Below, piece after piece: positions 1-8,382 of a stretch of DNA of 64,000 bases. Numbering within the stretch: position 1 is the first letter of the stretch; every line of letters starts with the position of its first letter. A program made the translations under genes and the position numbers. This stretch comes from Myxococcales bacterium (GTDB lineage: Bacteria > Myxococcota_A > Polyangia > Polyangiales > Polyangiaceae): positions 42,625-106,624 of the forward strand of contig JADIZX010000009.1 in the NCBI GenBank assembly GCA_016704525.1, read 5' to 3'. The notes below the pieces were generated by a model, which saw only the letters and a list, made by a program, of their open reading frames with translations, did not search any database and was not told the DNA's origin.

Positions 1-585
1 GCGCTCGACCACCGCGAGGTCGCGCGCGCTGCGTTCGGCCTCCGCCACGAGGTCGGCCGTGAACATGGTGAGCCCCCAAATGCCGTTGTCGCGCCTACGA
101 AACGCGTACCGCGTGCCGCGCGCCGTGACGACGCTCGCGCGCTCGCCCTGCTCCTCGACCGAGACCGCGCCCGACAGATCACGCCGGAGGCGGCGGTCCC
201 AACCGCGCTCCTTCGCGTACAGGGTGAAGACGTCCGCGCCGTCGGCCGCGGCCGCATAGCGCGCGTAGTCGCGCTCGAGGGCGCCACGCTCCCCGTCCGG
301 ATACCAGCGCCGCGCGAGGGCGAGCGCCTTCCTCCGGTTCTCTCCCACCGTGAAGCAGGCCCACTGAGCCTCGGTCTCGAGGTAGGGAAACGCCACCTGG
401 ATCTGCCCGTCGGTCAGGCCGTGGGCGATGCGTACGTACGCCCCCTCGGGGGTGCGATCCGAGGGGAAGGGCCGGTGCACTTTGGCGACGACGCCCGCCG
501 CCACGACCGCGACGAGCACCGCGACGAGCGCGACGCGCCGCGCGCCCGACGCACCTCGCGGTCTCGCCTCCTCGCTCGGGCCCAT
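1..585 (-). CDS. Hypothetical membrane-anchored protein, 3' partial (runs off window start)
   Basis: Open frame from the ATG at 585 down to position 1 (195 codons, no stop). N-terminal hydrophobic segment VALVAVLVAVVAAGVVA followed by a non-repetitive, W/Y/F-containing sequence unlike the Arg/Ala-rich artefact ORFs. Confidence 0.4.
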   Translation of the reverse strand, partial: MGPSEEARPRGASGARRVALVAVLVAVVAAGVVAKVHRPFPSDRTPEGAYVRIAHGLTDGQIQVAFPYLETEAQWACFTVGENRRKALALARRWYPDGERGALERDYARYAAAADGADVFTLYAKERGWDRRLRRDLSGAVSVEEQGERASVVTARGTRYAFRRRDNGIWGLTMFTADLVAEAERSARDLAVVER

Positions 586-678
586 GCGCGCCCGACGCTA
601 GCACCTTCGCGGGCGGGTCGTCCCCTGGAGGCCGCAGAGCGGTCGCGGCGCGCGGCCGGCTTCGAGTACCCTGCGACC

Positions 679-1650
679 GTGCCGCTCGCTCCACTGCGCA
701 CGCGTTTTGCGCCCTCGCCCACGGGGGATCTGCACCTCGGCGGGCTCCTCTGCGCGCTCGTGTCGTTCGCGCTCGCCCGCGCCTCGGGCGGCGTCTTCGT
801 GCTGCGGATGGAGGACCTCGACGCTCCCCGAACGGTGAAGGGCAGCGCCGCCCGCATCGAGGCCGATCTCGCGCGGCTGGGTCTGGCCTGGGACGAGCCC
901 GCGGCGGACGGCGCCGGGCTCCATGCGCCCTACACGCAATCGGCCCGAGGCCCGCTGTACGAGGCGGCGCTGACCACGCTGGGCGAGGTCACGTACCCGT
1001 GCGACTGCTCCCGCTCCGAGCTGCTCGCGGCGAGCGCTCCACACGCGGGCGAGGACCGCGTCTACCCCGGCACCTGTCGGGAAAAAGATCCCGCGCGCGT
1101 GATGCGACGGCCACCCGCGCAGCGGCTCCGCGTCCCGGAGGGCGAGGTCGTCGAGCTCGTCGACCTCGCCGCGGGAACGCTCACGCAAGACGTCGGGCGC
1201 GAGGTGGGCGATTTCGTGCTGCGGCGTGGAGACGGCGTCTTCTCCTACCAGCTCGCCTGTGCGCTCGACGACCACGCGATGGCGATCGATCTCGTCGTCC
1301 GCGGGCGCGATCTCCTGACCTCCACGCCCCGGCAGCTCCTGCTCGGGCGGCTCCTCGGCGCGCGCGCGGCGCCGCGCACGCTCCACGTGCCGCTGCTGGT
1401 GAACGGCTCCGGCGAGCGGCTGGCGAAGCGCACCGGCGGCATCGCGGTCCGCGAGCTGCTCGCGCGCGGCGTGCCGATGGAGGCGCTGTTCGGCGTGCTC
1501 GCCCACGCGGCGCGCCTCGCGACGACGCCCGGCCCGCTCACGCTCGACGAGGTCGTCTCCCGCGCGGCCGCTCGCCTGCCCGCGCTGCTCCGCGGGGAGG
1601 TGCCCCTACCGGAGCGCGCGACAGTGCCCGACGCGCTCCAGGGGTGCTGA
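679..1650 (+). CDS. gluQ: Glutamyl-Q tRNA(Asp) synthetase (truncated GluRS paralogue)
   Basis: Class I aaRS HIGH-region RFAPSPTGDLHLGG, followed by VFVLRMEDLD, closely matching YadB/GluQRS. About 320 aa with no anticodon-binding domain. LAKR (KMSKS-like) motif near the C-terminus. GTG start at 679 chosen just upstream of the motif; start uncertain. Confidence 0.75.
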   Translation: MPLAPLRTRFAPSPTGDLHLGGLLCALVSFALARASGGVFVLRMEDLDAPRTVKGSAARIEADLARLGLAWDEPAADGAGLHAPYTQSARGPLYEAALTTLGEVTYPCDCSRSELLAASAPHAGEDRVYPGTCREKDPARVMRRPPAQRLRVPEGEVVELVDLAAGTLTQDVGREVGDFVLRRGDGVFSYQLACALDDHAMAIDLVVRGRDLLTSTPRQLLLGRLLGARAAPRTLHVPLLVNGSGERLAKRTGGIAVRELLARGVPMEALFGVLAHAARLATTPGPLTLDEVVSRAAARLPALLRGEVPLPERATVPDALQGC

Positions 1651-1660
1651 GCGGACCGGC

Positions 1661-1821
1661 CTAGAGCGCCGAACCGCTTGATGACCGAGGATTTTCGCCG
1701 AGTTGCGAGCCGTGCGAGGCGCGACGACGAGTCCTACTGCTGCTAGGCGAGGAGGAGCAACGAAAGTACGGCGACGTAAATCGGCGAAAAGCCGACCGAA
1801 TCAAGCGGTTCGGCGCTCTAG
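1661..1821. repeat. MITE-like element with perfect 22-bp terminal inverted repeats (CTAGAGCGCCGAACCGCTTGAT) and subterminal TTTTCGCCGA/TCGGCGAAAA repeats
   Basis: Left TIR at 1661-1682 and its exact reverse complement at 1800-1821. It fills the gap between the convergent stop codons of gluQ and the kinase. The right half recurs at 41124-41190. Confidence 0.6.
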
Positions 1822-1822
1822 G

Positions 1823-3061
1823 TCAGCGGAGCCCGAGCGCTACGCCGACGACCACGCTCCCGCCGACCACGATGATCCACGCGAGCGTCCAGCCGAGCGC
1901 CCGACGCGGCGGAGTGACGGGCCGCTTCGACACGGTCTGCGACACCCGCGACCGGCTCGGGCGCTCGCGATCGGCGTCGCCCGTGCGGCGGCTATTCGGG
2001 GGGCGCGGCGAGAGCGAGGGCTCGGTGGTGCTCGCTTCGGCGGCGAACGGACCGGCGCTCGACGGCGTCGGCCCCGTGCGCTTGGTCTCGGGCACCGGCT
2101 CCTCGGGCGCCGGAGCCGGCGGGGTCTCCGGCGGGAGCGCGGCGCGCTCGGGCACGTCGTCGGGCTCGTCGGGGAAGATCTCGGCGCGCTCGAGCGAGGC
2201 CCGCATGGCGCCGGCCGACGAGTAGCGGTTGTTCGGGTCCTTCGACAGCGCGCGGAGCACGATCGCGGTCACGGCGGGCGAGAGGCCAGGCACCTTCGCC
2301 GCGGGCGAGGGCGGCGGCTCGGTGAGGTGGGCCGTGAGCACGGCGAGCGGCGTCTCCCCGCCGAAGGGCAGGGCGCCGGTGAGCATTTCGTAGAGCATCA
2401 CCCCGCACGCGTAGAGATCGCACCGGCCGTCGAGCTCGTCGCCTTGGGCTTGCTCCGGAGACATGTACTCCGGCGTGCCAAACACCATGTTGAGGGTGGT
2501 GAGGTTGGTCGTCCCGGTGCCGCTGCCGCCGTTGACGATCTTCGAGAGGCCGAAGTCGACGACGGTGGCCCGCTCGGCGGCGTCGACGAGCACGTTGTGC
2601 GGCTTCAGGTCGCGGTGGATCACCCCCTGTCCGTGAGCGCACTCGAGCGCCTCGAGCACCTGCTTGGCGATGGCCACTGCGCGCGCCTCCGGGAGCTTGC
2701 CGTCTGCGATGAGTCGGTCGAGCGGCCGGCCATCGATGCGGGGCAGCGCGAGGCAGAGGAGGGGCACGCCGCCGGCCGGGTTCTCGACCTCGCCGACCTC
2801 GAGGATGCGGCACACGTGAGGCCCTTCGAGGCGGCGCAGGATGGCGCCCTCGCGCATGAAGCGGCCGCGGATCTGCACCTCGCTCGCGAGGTGGGGGTGC
2901 ATGACCTTGAGCGCGACGGACTCGCCGCTCGCGGTATCGCGTGCAGAATACACGACGCCCGTGCCGCCTTCGCCAAGTACGCCTTCGACCTCGTACTTGC
3001 CGAGCACGACCGCGCCCCGCCGGAGGCGCTCTTCGCTGGTGGTGCTCGCCGGGCCGTCCAT
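1823..3061 (-). CDS. Ser/Thr protein kinase with C-terminal transmembrane helix
   Basis: Hanks kinase motifs: GEGGTGVVY glycine loop, VALK, HRDLKPHNVL catalytic loop, DFG, and GTPEYMSPE activation segment. Pro-rich linker and C-terminal TM segment WTLAWIIVVGGSVVVGVALGL. Start placed at the internal Met (MDGPASTT) of the 464-aa ORF. Confidence 0.8.
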   Translation of the reverse strand: MDGPASTTSEERLRRGAVVLGKYEVEGVLGEGGTGVVYSARDTASGESVALKVMHPHLASEVQIRGRFMREGAILRRLEGPHVCRILEVGEVENPAGGVPLLCLALPRIDGRPLDRLIADGKLPEARAVAIAKQVLEALECAHGQGVIHRDLKPHNVLVDAAERATVVDFGLSKIVNGGSGTGTTNLTTLNMVFGTPEYMSPEQAQGDELDGRCDLYACGVMLYEMLTGALPFGGETPLAVLTAHLTEPPPSPAAKVPGLSPAVTAIVLRALSKDPNNRYSSAGAMRASLERAEIFPDEPDDVPERAALPPETPPAPAPEEPVPETKRTGPTPSSAGPFAAEASTTEPSLSPRPPNSRRTGDADRERPSRSRVSQTVSKRPVTPPRRALGWTLAWIIVVGGSVVVGVALGLR

Positions 3062-3273
3062 CGCCGCGGCAGGATACCCGACACGCGAGCGGGCGCGAGC
3101 CTGGCGCTCCGTGCGCCAACGGTGCGTTACCCCGCACCGAGCCTGGTGCGACGCGGGTCGTCCGCAACACGCCGGACGGCGCGGCGAGCCCCGCCTCCGC
3201 CATCGCCGTCCTGCCATCGTCGGGAGTCACGAGACGCCCGGAGGGGACGATCCACCTGACGCGGGGCGCAATC

Positions 3274-3711
3274 GTGGTCACCACGTTGCCCCCGGCCAAG
3301 CAGCTCATCGAGACCGACGCGGGCACGGTGGAGCTCGGCTCGCAGGCGCGCGTCGCGCTAGTCGACGGCGCCGTGGACGTGGCGCTGCTGGCAGGGAACG
3401 CCACACTCCGACCGCGAAGTGGGCCCGAGCTCCGGCTCTCCGCGGGGCAGTCGGTCCGCTTCACAGCGAAGGGGGCGATGGCCCCGCCGGCGGCGATGTC
3501 GCCCACGGAGGTCGGCGACGCCGTGCGCGCCCTGGTCGACCCCAAGGCGGCCGCGGCGACGGCCGGCTCCGAGGAGGAGCTCCACCCGCTCCTGCGCGAC
3601 CGGCGGCTGTGGATGGCCCTCGGCGCCGGGGTGGCGATCGCCGCAGCCGTCATGGCGGCGGTGGTGCTCGCCCTCGCGAGCAGGCGCAAGGGCGGACCCG
3701 CGGCCCGGTGA
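3274..3711 (+). CDS. FecR-like domain protein with C-terminal membrane anchor; N-terminus undefined
   Basis: FecR-type region TDAGTVELGSQARVALVDGAVDVALLAGNATL...LSAGQSVRF, plus C-terminal TM ALGAGVAIAAAVMAAVVLALA. Divergent from the kinase. There is no in-frame ATG/GTG/TTG between 3061 and the GTG at 3274, so the true start is unclear. Confidence 0.4.
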   Translation: MVTTLPPAKQLIETDAGTVELGSQARVALVDGAVDVALLAGNATLRPRSGPELRLSAGQSVRFTAKGAMAPPAAMSPTEVGDAVRALVDPKAAAATAGSEEELHPLLRDRRLWMALGAGVAIAAAVMAAVVLALASRRKGGPAAR

Positions 3712-3771
3712 GACCCGTGGTGATCGAGCGATGCAGGTTGACACCCGCGCTCAGACTGCAACCTTCTGCGG

Positions 3772-5418
3772 ATGCGCCTCCGCACGCCCGCTCTTCCGCC
3801 ACGCTTGCCACGCTTGCCACGCTTGCCACGCTTGCCACGCTTGCCACGCGCCCTCGGCGCGCTCGGCTTCGCGGCGGCCGTCACCTCCTCCGCGACCCTC
3901 GCCCGCGCCGCCACGCTGGAGGTAGGGCCGGGCAAGCAGTACGCGGAGCTGTCGGCCATCGCCCGCATCGTGAAGCCGGGCGACGTCGTGGAGGTGCAGG
4001 GCGACCACACCTACGCGCCCGTCGAGTTCAACGTGAACGCCACGCAGGCGGCGCCGATCACCATCCGCGGGGTCCGCGTGAACGGCAAGCGCCCGATCGT
4101 GAAAGGCGGCGAGAACACGGTGCTCTTGCACGGAAACTTCTACACTTTCGAGGGCTTCGAGGTCACGGGCGGCACCGGAATCTGCGTGGTCCACAGCGCC
4201 AACGGGGTAACCCTCCGCGACGACGTGATCCACGACTGCCCGCGCCACGGCATCCTCGGGACCGACAGCGAGGCCGGCTCGCTCCTCATGGAGTACGTGG
4301 AGGTGTACGCGGCCGGCAGCGAGCGCGCCGGCGAGGCGCTGAAGCACCCGGTGTACATCGCGACCAACGAGAGGATGTACCCGAAGTCGGTCTTCCGCAT
4401 GCAGCACTGCTACGTGCATGACGCGAACGGCGGCAACTCGGTCAAGTCGCGCGCCGAGCGCAACGAGATCTACGGCAACTGGCTCGAGGGCGCGCAGTAC
4501 TACGAGCTCGAGCTGATCGGCCCCGACGACGACAGCGGCGACACGGTCACCGCCCCGCGCGAAGACGGGGACGTCGTGGGCAACGTGCTCCTCCAGACCA
4601 AGTCGACCTCGTACGTCGTGCGCGTCGGCGGCGACGGCACGGGCCGCACTGGCGGGCGCTACCGCTTCGTGAACAACACGTTCATCGTCGGCAGTCACGC
4701 GAACAACGCGGGCGCGATGCGGGCCTCGTACGCGCTCGACTCGCTCGAGCTCTACAACAACGTCTTCTCCAGGGCCTCCGGCCGGATGGACTACCTCGTC
4801 CGCGAGACCGATCTCACCTGGATCGCGGGCCGCCAAATCGCCGGCGCGAACAACTACATCACCCAGGGCTCGGGCAACATCCCCGCTACCCTCACCGGGA
4901 ACATCTTGGGCACCAACCCCGGATTCGTGGACCTCGCGAAGAAGGACCTGCGCCTCGCCGCCGGGAGCCCGCTCATCGACAAGGGCACCGCGACGACGGC
5001 GCGCACCGACGCGTTCGCGTTCCCCTCCCCCCTCGCCAAGGCCACCCATACGCCACCGCTTCGGGTGCTCGCGGCCGTGGGGCGCGCGTCGCCGCGGCTC
5101 GCCGTGGGCGCGCTCGACGTCGGCGCGTTCGAGGTCGGGAGCCCCACGGAGGAGCCCGGAACGCCCGGCACCGAGCCCCCGCCCGGGCCGTCCACCCCCG
5201 CGCCGGGTACGCCCGAGCCGCCGCCCGGGGTGGTGCCCGGATTGCCGGGGCTGCCGGGGGCGAGCGACGACGGGGGACCCGGCAGCACGGCCACCACGAG
5301 CTCGGGATGCGGCTGCGGCGCGGTGGGCACTCCAACCCACTCGCTGCTCGCCGGGGCAAGCCTCGTCGCAGCGCTTGGACTGCTCAGCCGCGCGCGCGCG
5401 CGGCGACGCGGTCGCTGA
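3772..5418 (+). CDS. Secreted right-handed parallel beta-helix (pectate-lyase fold) protein with MYXO-CTERM sorting domain
   Basis: Signal-like N-terminus. Repeated beta-helix turn motifs (NVxxxN, GxxGILG, VHDxxGGN). Pro/Gly-rich linker. C-terminal SSGCGCGAVG, then a hydrophobic stretch, then RARARRRGR, which is the MYXO-CTERM pattern. Confidence 0.7.
   Translation: MRLRTPALPPRLPRLPRLPRLPRLPRALGALGFAAAVTSSATLARAATLEVGPGKQYAELSAIARIVKPGDVVEVQGDHTYAPVEFNVNATQAAPITIRGVRVNGKRPIVKGGENTVLLHGNFYTFEGFEVTGGTGICVVHSANGVTLRDDVIHDCPRHGILGTDSEAGSLLMEYVEVYAAGSERAGEALKHPVYIATNERMYPKSVFRMQHCYVHDANGGNSVKSRAERNEIYGNWLEGAQYYELELIGPDDDSGDTVTAPREDGDVVGNVLLQTKSTSYVVRVGGDGTGRTGGRYRFVNNTFIVGSHANNAGAMRASYALDSLELYNNVFSRASGRMDYLVRETDLTWIAGRQIAGANNYITQGSGNIPATLTGNILGTNPGFVDLAKKDLRLAAGSPLIDKGTATTARTDAFAFPSPLAKATHTPPLRVLAAVGRASPRLAVGALDVGAFEVGSPTEEPGTPGTEPPPGPSTPAPGTPEPPPGVVPGLPGLPGASDDGGPGSTATTSSGCGCGAVGTPTHSLLAGASLVAALGLLSRARARRRGR
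3799..3847 (+). repeat. Perfect 9-bp tandem repeat (CCACGCTTG x5) in frame, encoding an (LPR)n tract in the N-terminal leader of the beta-helix protein
   Basis: Read directly from the sequence at 3799-3847; the encoded protein reads PRLPRLPRLPRLPRLPR. Confidence 0.8.
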
Positions 5419-5508
5419 CAGACTCCGAGCCCTGCCCGGTGCCGCGGCTCGTGCCACGTGGGCCGCTCGGGTCTTGCGCACTCGGGCGCATCGGCCATAC
5501 TCCGCCGA

Positions 5509-6459
5509 ATGCGCGCCCTCTTCCTTGCACTGCCGCTGATTCTCGCACCATTCGCCACCTTCGCGTGCTCCAGCGACGATCCGGGCGATTCGGGCACCTC
5601 GCCGACGTCCACGTCCACCACCACGACGCCCGTGCCCTCCGTGCTCCCCGACGGCGCCCCCAACCCCGACGCCACGGCGACGACCGACGGCGGGGGCCCC
5701 GGTCCCGACGGCACGGTGCCCCCGACCGACAGCGGCAACCCGTCCACGCCCGGCGTCGTCGGAGCGAACGGCATCGCCGACTGGGACGCGCTCGGCGACA
5801 AGGCCCAGGTCAAGGTGTTCCGCAGCTTCTTCTTGCACCAGTCGGTGGGCGGCGACCTGGAGGACGGCGCGCAGTTCAACGGCTACAAGTTCGAGTACGC
5901 GACGAGCGGCTCCACGAACCTCAGGCCGGGGCTCAACGGCGGGCTGTTCTCCACCAGCAACGGCAACCCGGCGGGCAAAATCGCCGAGTTTCGCTCGATG
6001 GCGCTGGCCAACAAGTCGAACCTCCGCGTGGCGATCATGAAGTTCGGCTACGCCGACATCGTCGCCGGCAAGGTCGCGGGCGCGCAGACCGCCTACGAGG
6101 CGGCCGTCGCCGCCGTGAAGGCCGAGGGCGTGCGCGTGCTCCACGTCACGCCGCCGTTCGTCTACAACGTGCCCGCAGAGAACGCGCCCAAGCAGGCGAT
6201 GCGCACGTGGATGATGACCACGTTCCCGAACGACATCATCTTCGACCTGCAAGACATCGAGAGCACCGAGCCCGGGAGCGGCACGCGCTGCGAGCGCGGC
6301 GGCTCGTGGGAGATCTGCAACTCGATCCGCTCGACGAGCGGCTGTGCGAGCCTCAATCAGGGCGTCGACTCGGCCTCGGGTCAGGGCCACCTCTGCTACA
6401 CGCACGCCAAGCGCATCTCGAAGGCGTTCCTTTACGCGATCTACCTCGCGGGCAAGTGA
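5509..6459 (+). CDS. Hypothetical lipoprotein with Thr/Pro/Gly-rich linker
   Basis: Lipoprotein signal with lipobox MRALFLALPLILAPFATFAC. Low-complexity TSTSTTTTP linker, then a globular C-terminal domain of unknown family. Confidence 0.6.
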   Translation: MRALFLALPLILAPFATFACSSDDPGDSGTSPTSTSTTTTPVPSVLPDGAPNPDATATTDGGGPGPDGTVPPTDSGNPSTPGVVGANGIADWDALGDKAQVKVFRSFFLHQSVGGDLEDGAQFNGYKFEYATSGSTNLRPGLNGGLFSTSNGNPAGKIAEFRSMALANKSNLRVAIMKFGYADIVAGKVAGAQTAYEAAVAAVKAEGVRVLHVTPPFVYNVPAENAPKQAMRTWMMTTFPNDIIFDLQDIESTEPGSGTRCERGGSWEICNSIRSTSGCASLNQGVDSASGQGHLCYTHAKRISKAFLYAIYLAGK

Positions 6460-6514
6460 GGGCACCCACGCGGGCTGTGGCTCGGCGCGGGAGAGCGCCC
6501 GCCACGCATCGCCT

Positions 6515-7042
6515 TTAGCGCGCACGCGGGAGGGGCACGCGCACCTCGCGACGGGCCGCGCCCGCGTCGGCGACGTCGCTCACGAGGAACGGCATCTCGA
6601 GGCGGCGCTTTACCGGCACGCACACCGCGTGGGTCGCCTCGTCGCACACCACGAGGTCCACGGTGCCAGCCAGGCCGGCCTCGGGGGCGCCGCGTGCGGC
6701 GACCACCCGCACGTCGAACCCACGGGAGACCTCCCGCCCCTTCCCACGCAGCTCGGGCGGCACCTCGGCGAGGCCTTCGCTCGTCGTCCACCTCACGTGA
6801 AAAGGGGCGTCGTCGTTCACCGCCGTTCCCAGCGGCGCCTCCCACGCGACGTGGATGGTCGTCGCGGCGCGCGACGAGATCGTGACGGCCGGCACGACCA
6901 CGCTCACGGCGGCCGCAGGCGGCGGCGGGGATGGGGATGGGGCGCCCGCGTCGGGAGGATGGACGTCGGGCTTGGGGCCCCCGGCGCGCGAGCACCCGAC
7001 GACGAGCGCGAGCACCGCCGCCAGGCCCCGACGCGCCCGCAC
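6515..7042 (-). CDS. Hypothetical lipoprotein, last gene of the kinase-STAND/patatin operon
   Basis: Lipobox LAAVLALVVGCS. Pro-rich linker (PSPSPPPP). Lies 38 bp downstream of the patatin stop on the same strand. Start chosen at the GTG giving VRARRGL; uncertain. Confidence 0.45.
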   Translation of the reverse strand: MRARRGLAAVLALVVGCSRAGGPKPDVHPPDAGAPSPSPPPPAAAVSVVVPAVTISSRAATTIHVAWEAPLGTAVNDDAPFHVRWTTSEGLAEVPPELRGKGREVSRGFDVRVVAARGAPEAGLAGTVDLVVCDEATHAVCVPVKRRLEMPFLVSDVADAGAARREVRVPLPRAR

Positions 7043-7080
7043 GCGCGAGGCGCGCGAACCGCAGAGTGCCGAGCGCGCGA

Positions 7081-8382
7081 TCACGTGCCTAGGGGAATGC
7101 CGAGCGATTTTCGATCCCACAGGCCGCTGTCGCCCCCACCGCCGTCGGGCGCGTGCGTACCGCCGCCGTCGTCCGAGGCGCGCCCGAAGAACTCGAGCAG
7201 CTCGTCACGGCGCGCCTGGGCGTCCGCGCGCCCCATCTCGATGAGCTGCCGGCAGAACGGCCCGTCGAACAGCAGGTAGCTCGCGAGGTCGGCCTCGTCG
7301 CCGCCTCCGATGTCCAGGAGCGAGAAAAGACGCTTCGTAAGTAATGGATTTCCCTGAAACTTTCCCTTCCGCACGTGGACGGCGGCGAGCTTCCCGATGT
7401 CCTCGCTCGGCCTCACCGTGAGCGCCGTCACGTGGCGGTAGGGGCGCGCGCCGCGGCGCTCGGCCTCGACGCTCATCGCTCGCGTGAAGTCGGGCCCGTA
7501 GACCTTCGTGCCGTCGGCGACGACGTGGTTCACGCGGTTCAGCATCTCGATGTCGACGTCGACGTGGTCGAGCAGGAACGCGTTCAGGAGCTTCCCGAGC
7601 AGGAACGCGGCACCGGGCGAGCGCGCGCTCTCCTTGGCCGGCTCGACGACGCCGCGGACCTCACGCGAGCTCGCGATGGCGAAGATGTGGGTCGCGCCGA
7701 GGGCGAGGGCGGGCGCGATGGGCGTGTTCTGGCGGAGCCCTCCGTCGAGGTAGAGGTCGTGATCGATGCGCACCGGCGGGAACAGCAGCGGGATCGCCGC
7801 GCTCGCGAGCGCGTGCACCGGCCCGATGTGCGCCTGGCGGAAGAGGGTCCGCGGGGGCACGACGTCGGGCATCGCGACGTTCGGTGCAGTCTGCACAAAA
7901 ATCACCGTGCGGCCCGTCGCGACCTCGGTCGTCGACACGGTCAGCGCGCGGAGCTTGTTCTTGCGGAGCGAGCGGGCGACGGCGCGCCAGGAGATCTCTC
8001 GCCCGACGAGATCGGCCATCGGGCTCACGTCGAAGAGGCCCGTCCCCGCGCCCCCGCCCATCACCACGCTGGGGAGCCCGGCGAACTGGCGGAGCCCGAA
8101 GCCCAGCACGCGGGTGATCTCGAGCTCGGACCACAGGTGCACGAGCCGGCGCAGGCCTAGCACCGGATCGGCGAGGTGCGCGGCGAGGTAGCACGCGTTG
8201 ATCGCGCCCACGCTGGTGCCAGAGAGCACGTCGACGCGAGGCGGCCCGCCGCGCATCCGCGTGAGCTCCTCGAACACGTAGGAGAGGACGCCCACCTCGT
8301 ACGCGCCGCGGGCGCCGCCGCCCGAGAAGATCATGCCGACGCGCTTCGGCGTGGGCTCGCCCCCGCTGGTGATGCTGGTCAT
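7081..8382 (-). CDS. Patatin-like phospholipase
   Basis: Oxyanion hole GGGARG, nucleophile elbow GTSVG, and catalytic-Asp motif LYLDGGLRQNTP. 433 aa. ATG at 8382-8380 overlaps the upstream TGA at 8381-8379 (ATGA). Confidence 0.85.
   Translation of the reverse strand: MTSITSGGEPTPKRVGMIFSGGGARGAYEVGVLSYVFEELTRMRGGPPRVDVLSGTSVGAINACYLAAHLADPVLGLRRLVHLWSELEITRVLGFGLRQFAGLPSVVMGGGAGTGLFDVSPMADLVGREISWRAVARSLRKNKLRALTVSTTEVATGRTVIFVQTAPNVAMPDVVPPRTLFRQAHIGPVHALASAAIPLLFPPVRIDHDLYLDGGLRQNTPIAPALALGATHIFAIASSREVRGVVEPAKESARSPGAAFLLGKLLNAFLLDHVDVDIEMLNRVNHVVADGTKVYGPDFTRAMSVEAERRGARPYRHVTALTVRPSEDIGKLAAVHVRKGKFQGNPLLTKRLFSLLDIGGGDEADLASYLLFDGPFCRQLIEMGRADAQARRDELLEFFGRASDDGGGTHAPDGGGGDSGLWDRKSLGIPLGT

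Noticed and set aside
3799-3847. CRISPR array (regularly spaced short repeats)
   Set aside because: The repeats are contiguous 9-bp, 15-bp and 6-bp microsatellite-type units with no spacers. They are in frame inside genes, with no cas genes nearby. No CRISPR array is present in the window.
1992-6525. Very long ORFs on the minus strand (1992..4010, 672 aa; 3751..6525, 924 aa) and many similar ones (e.g. 8709..13007 +, 1432 aa; 12864..14798 -; 17979..19205 -; 29130..30764 +; 46100..47803 -)
   Set aside because: Their translations are extreme Arg/Ala/Gly/Pro low-complexity text and lack motifs. Each lies antisense to, or out of frame with, a well-supported gene. This is the usual open-frame artefact of ~70% GC DNA.
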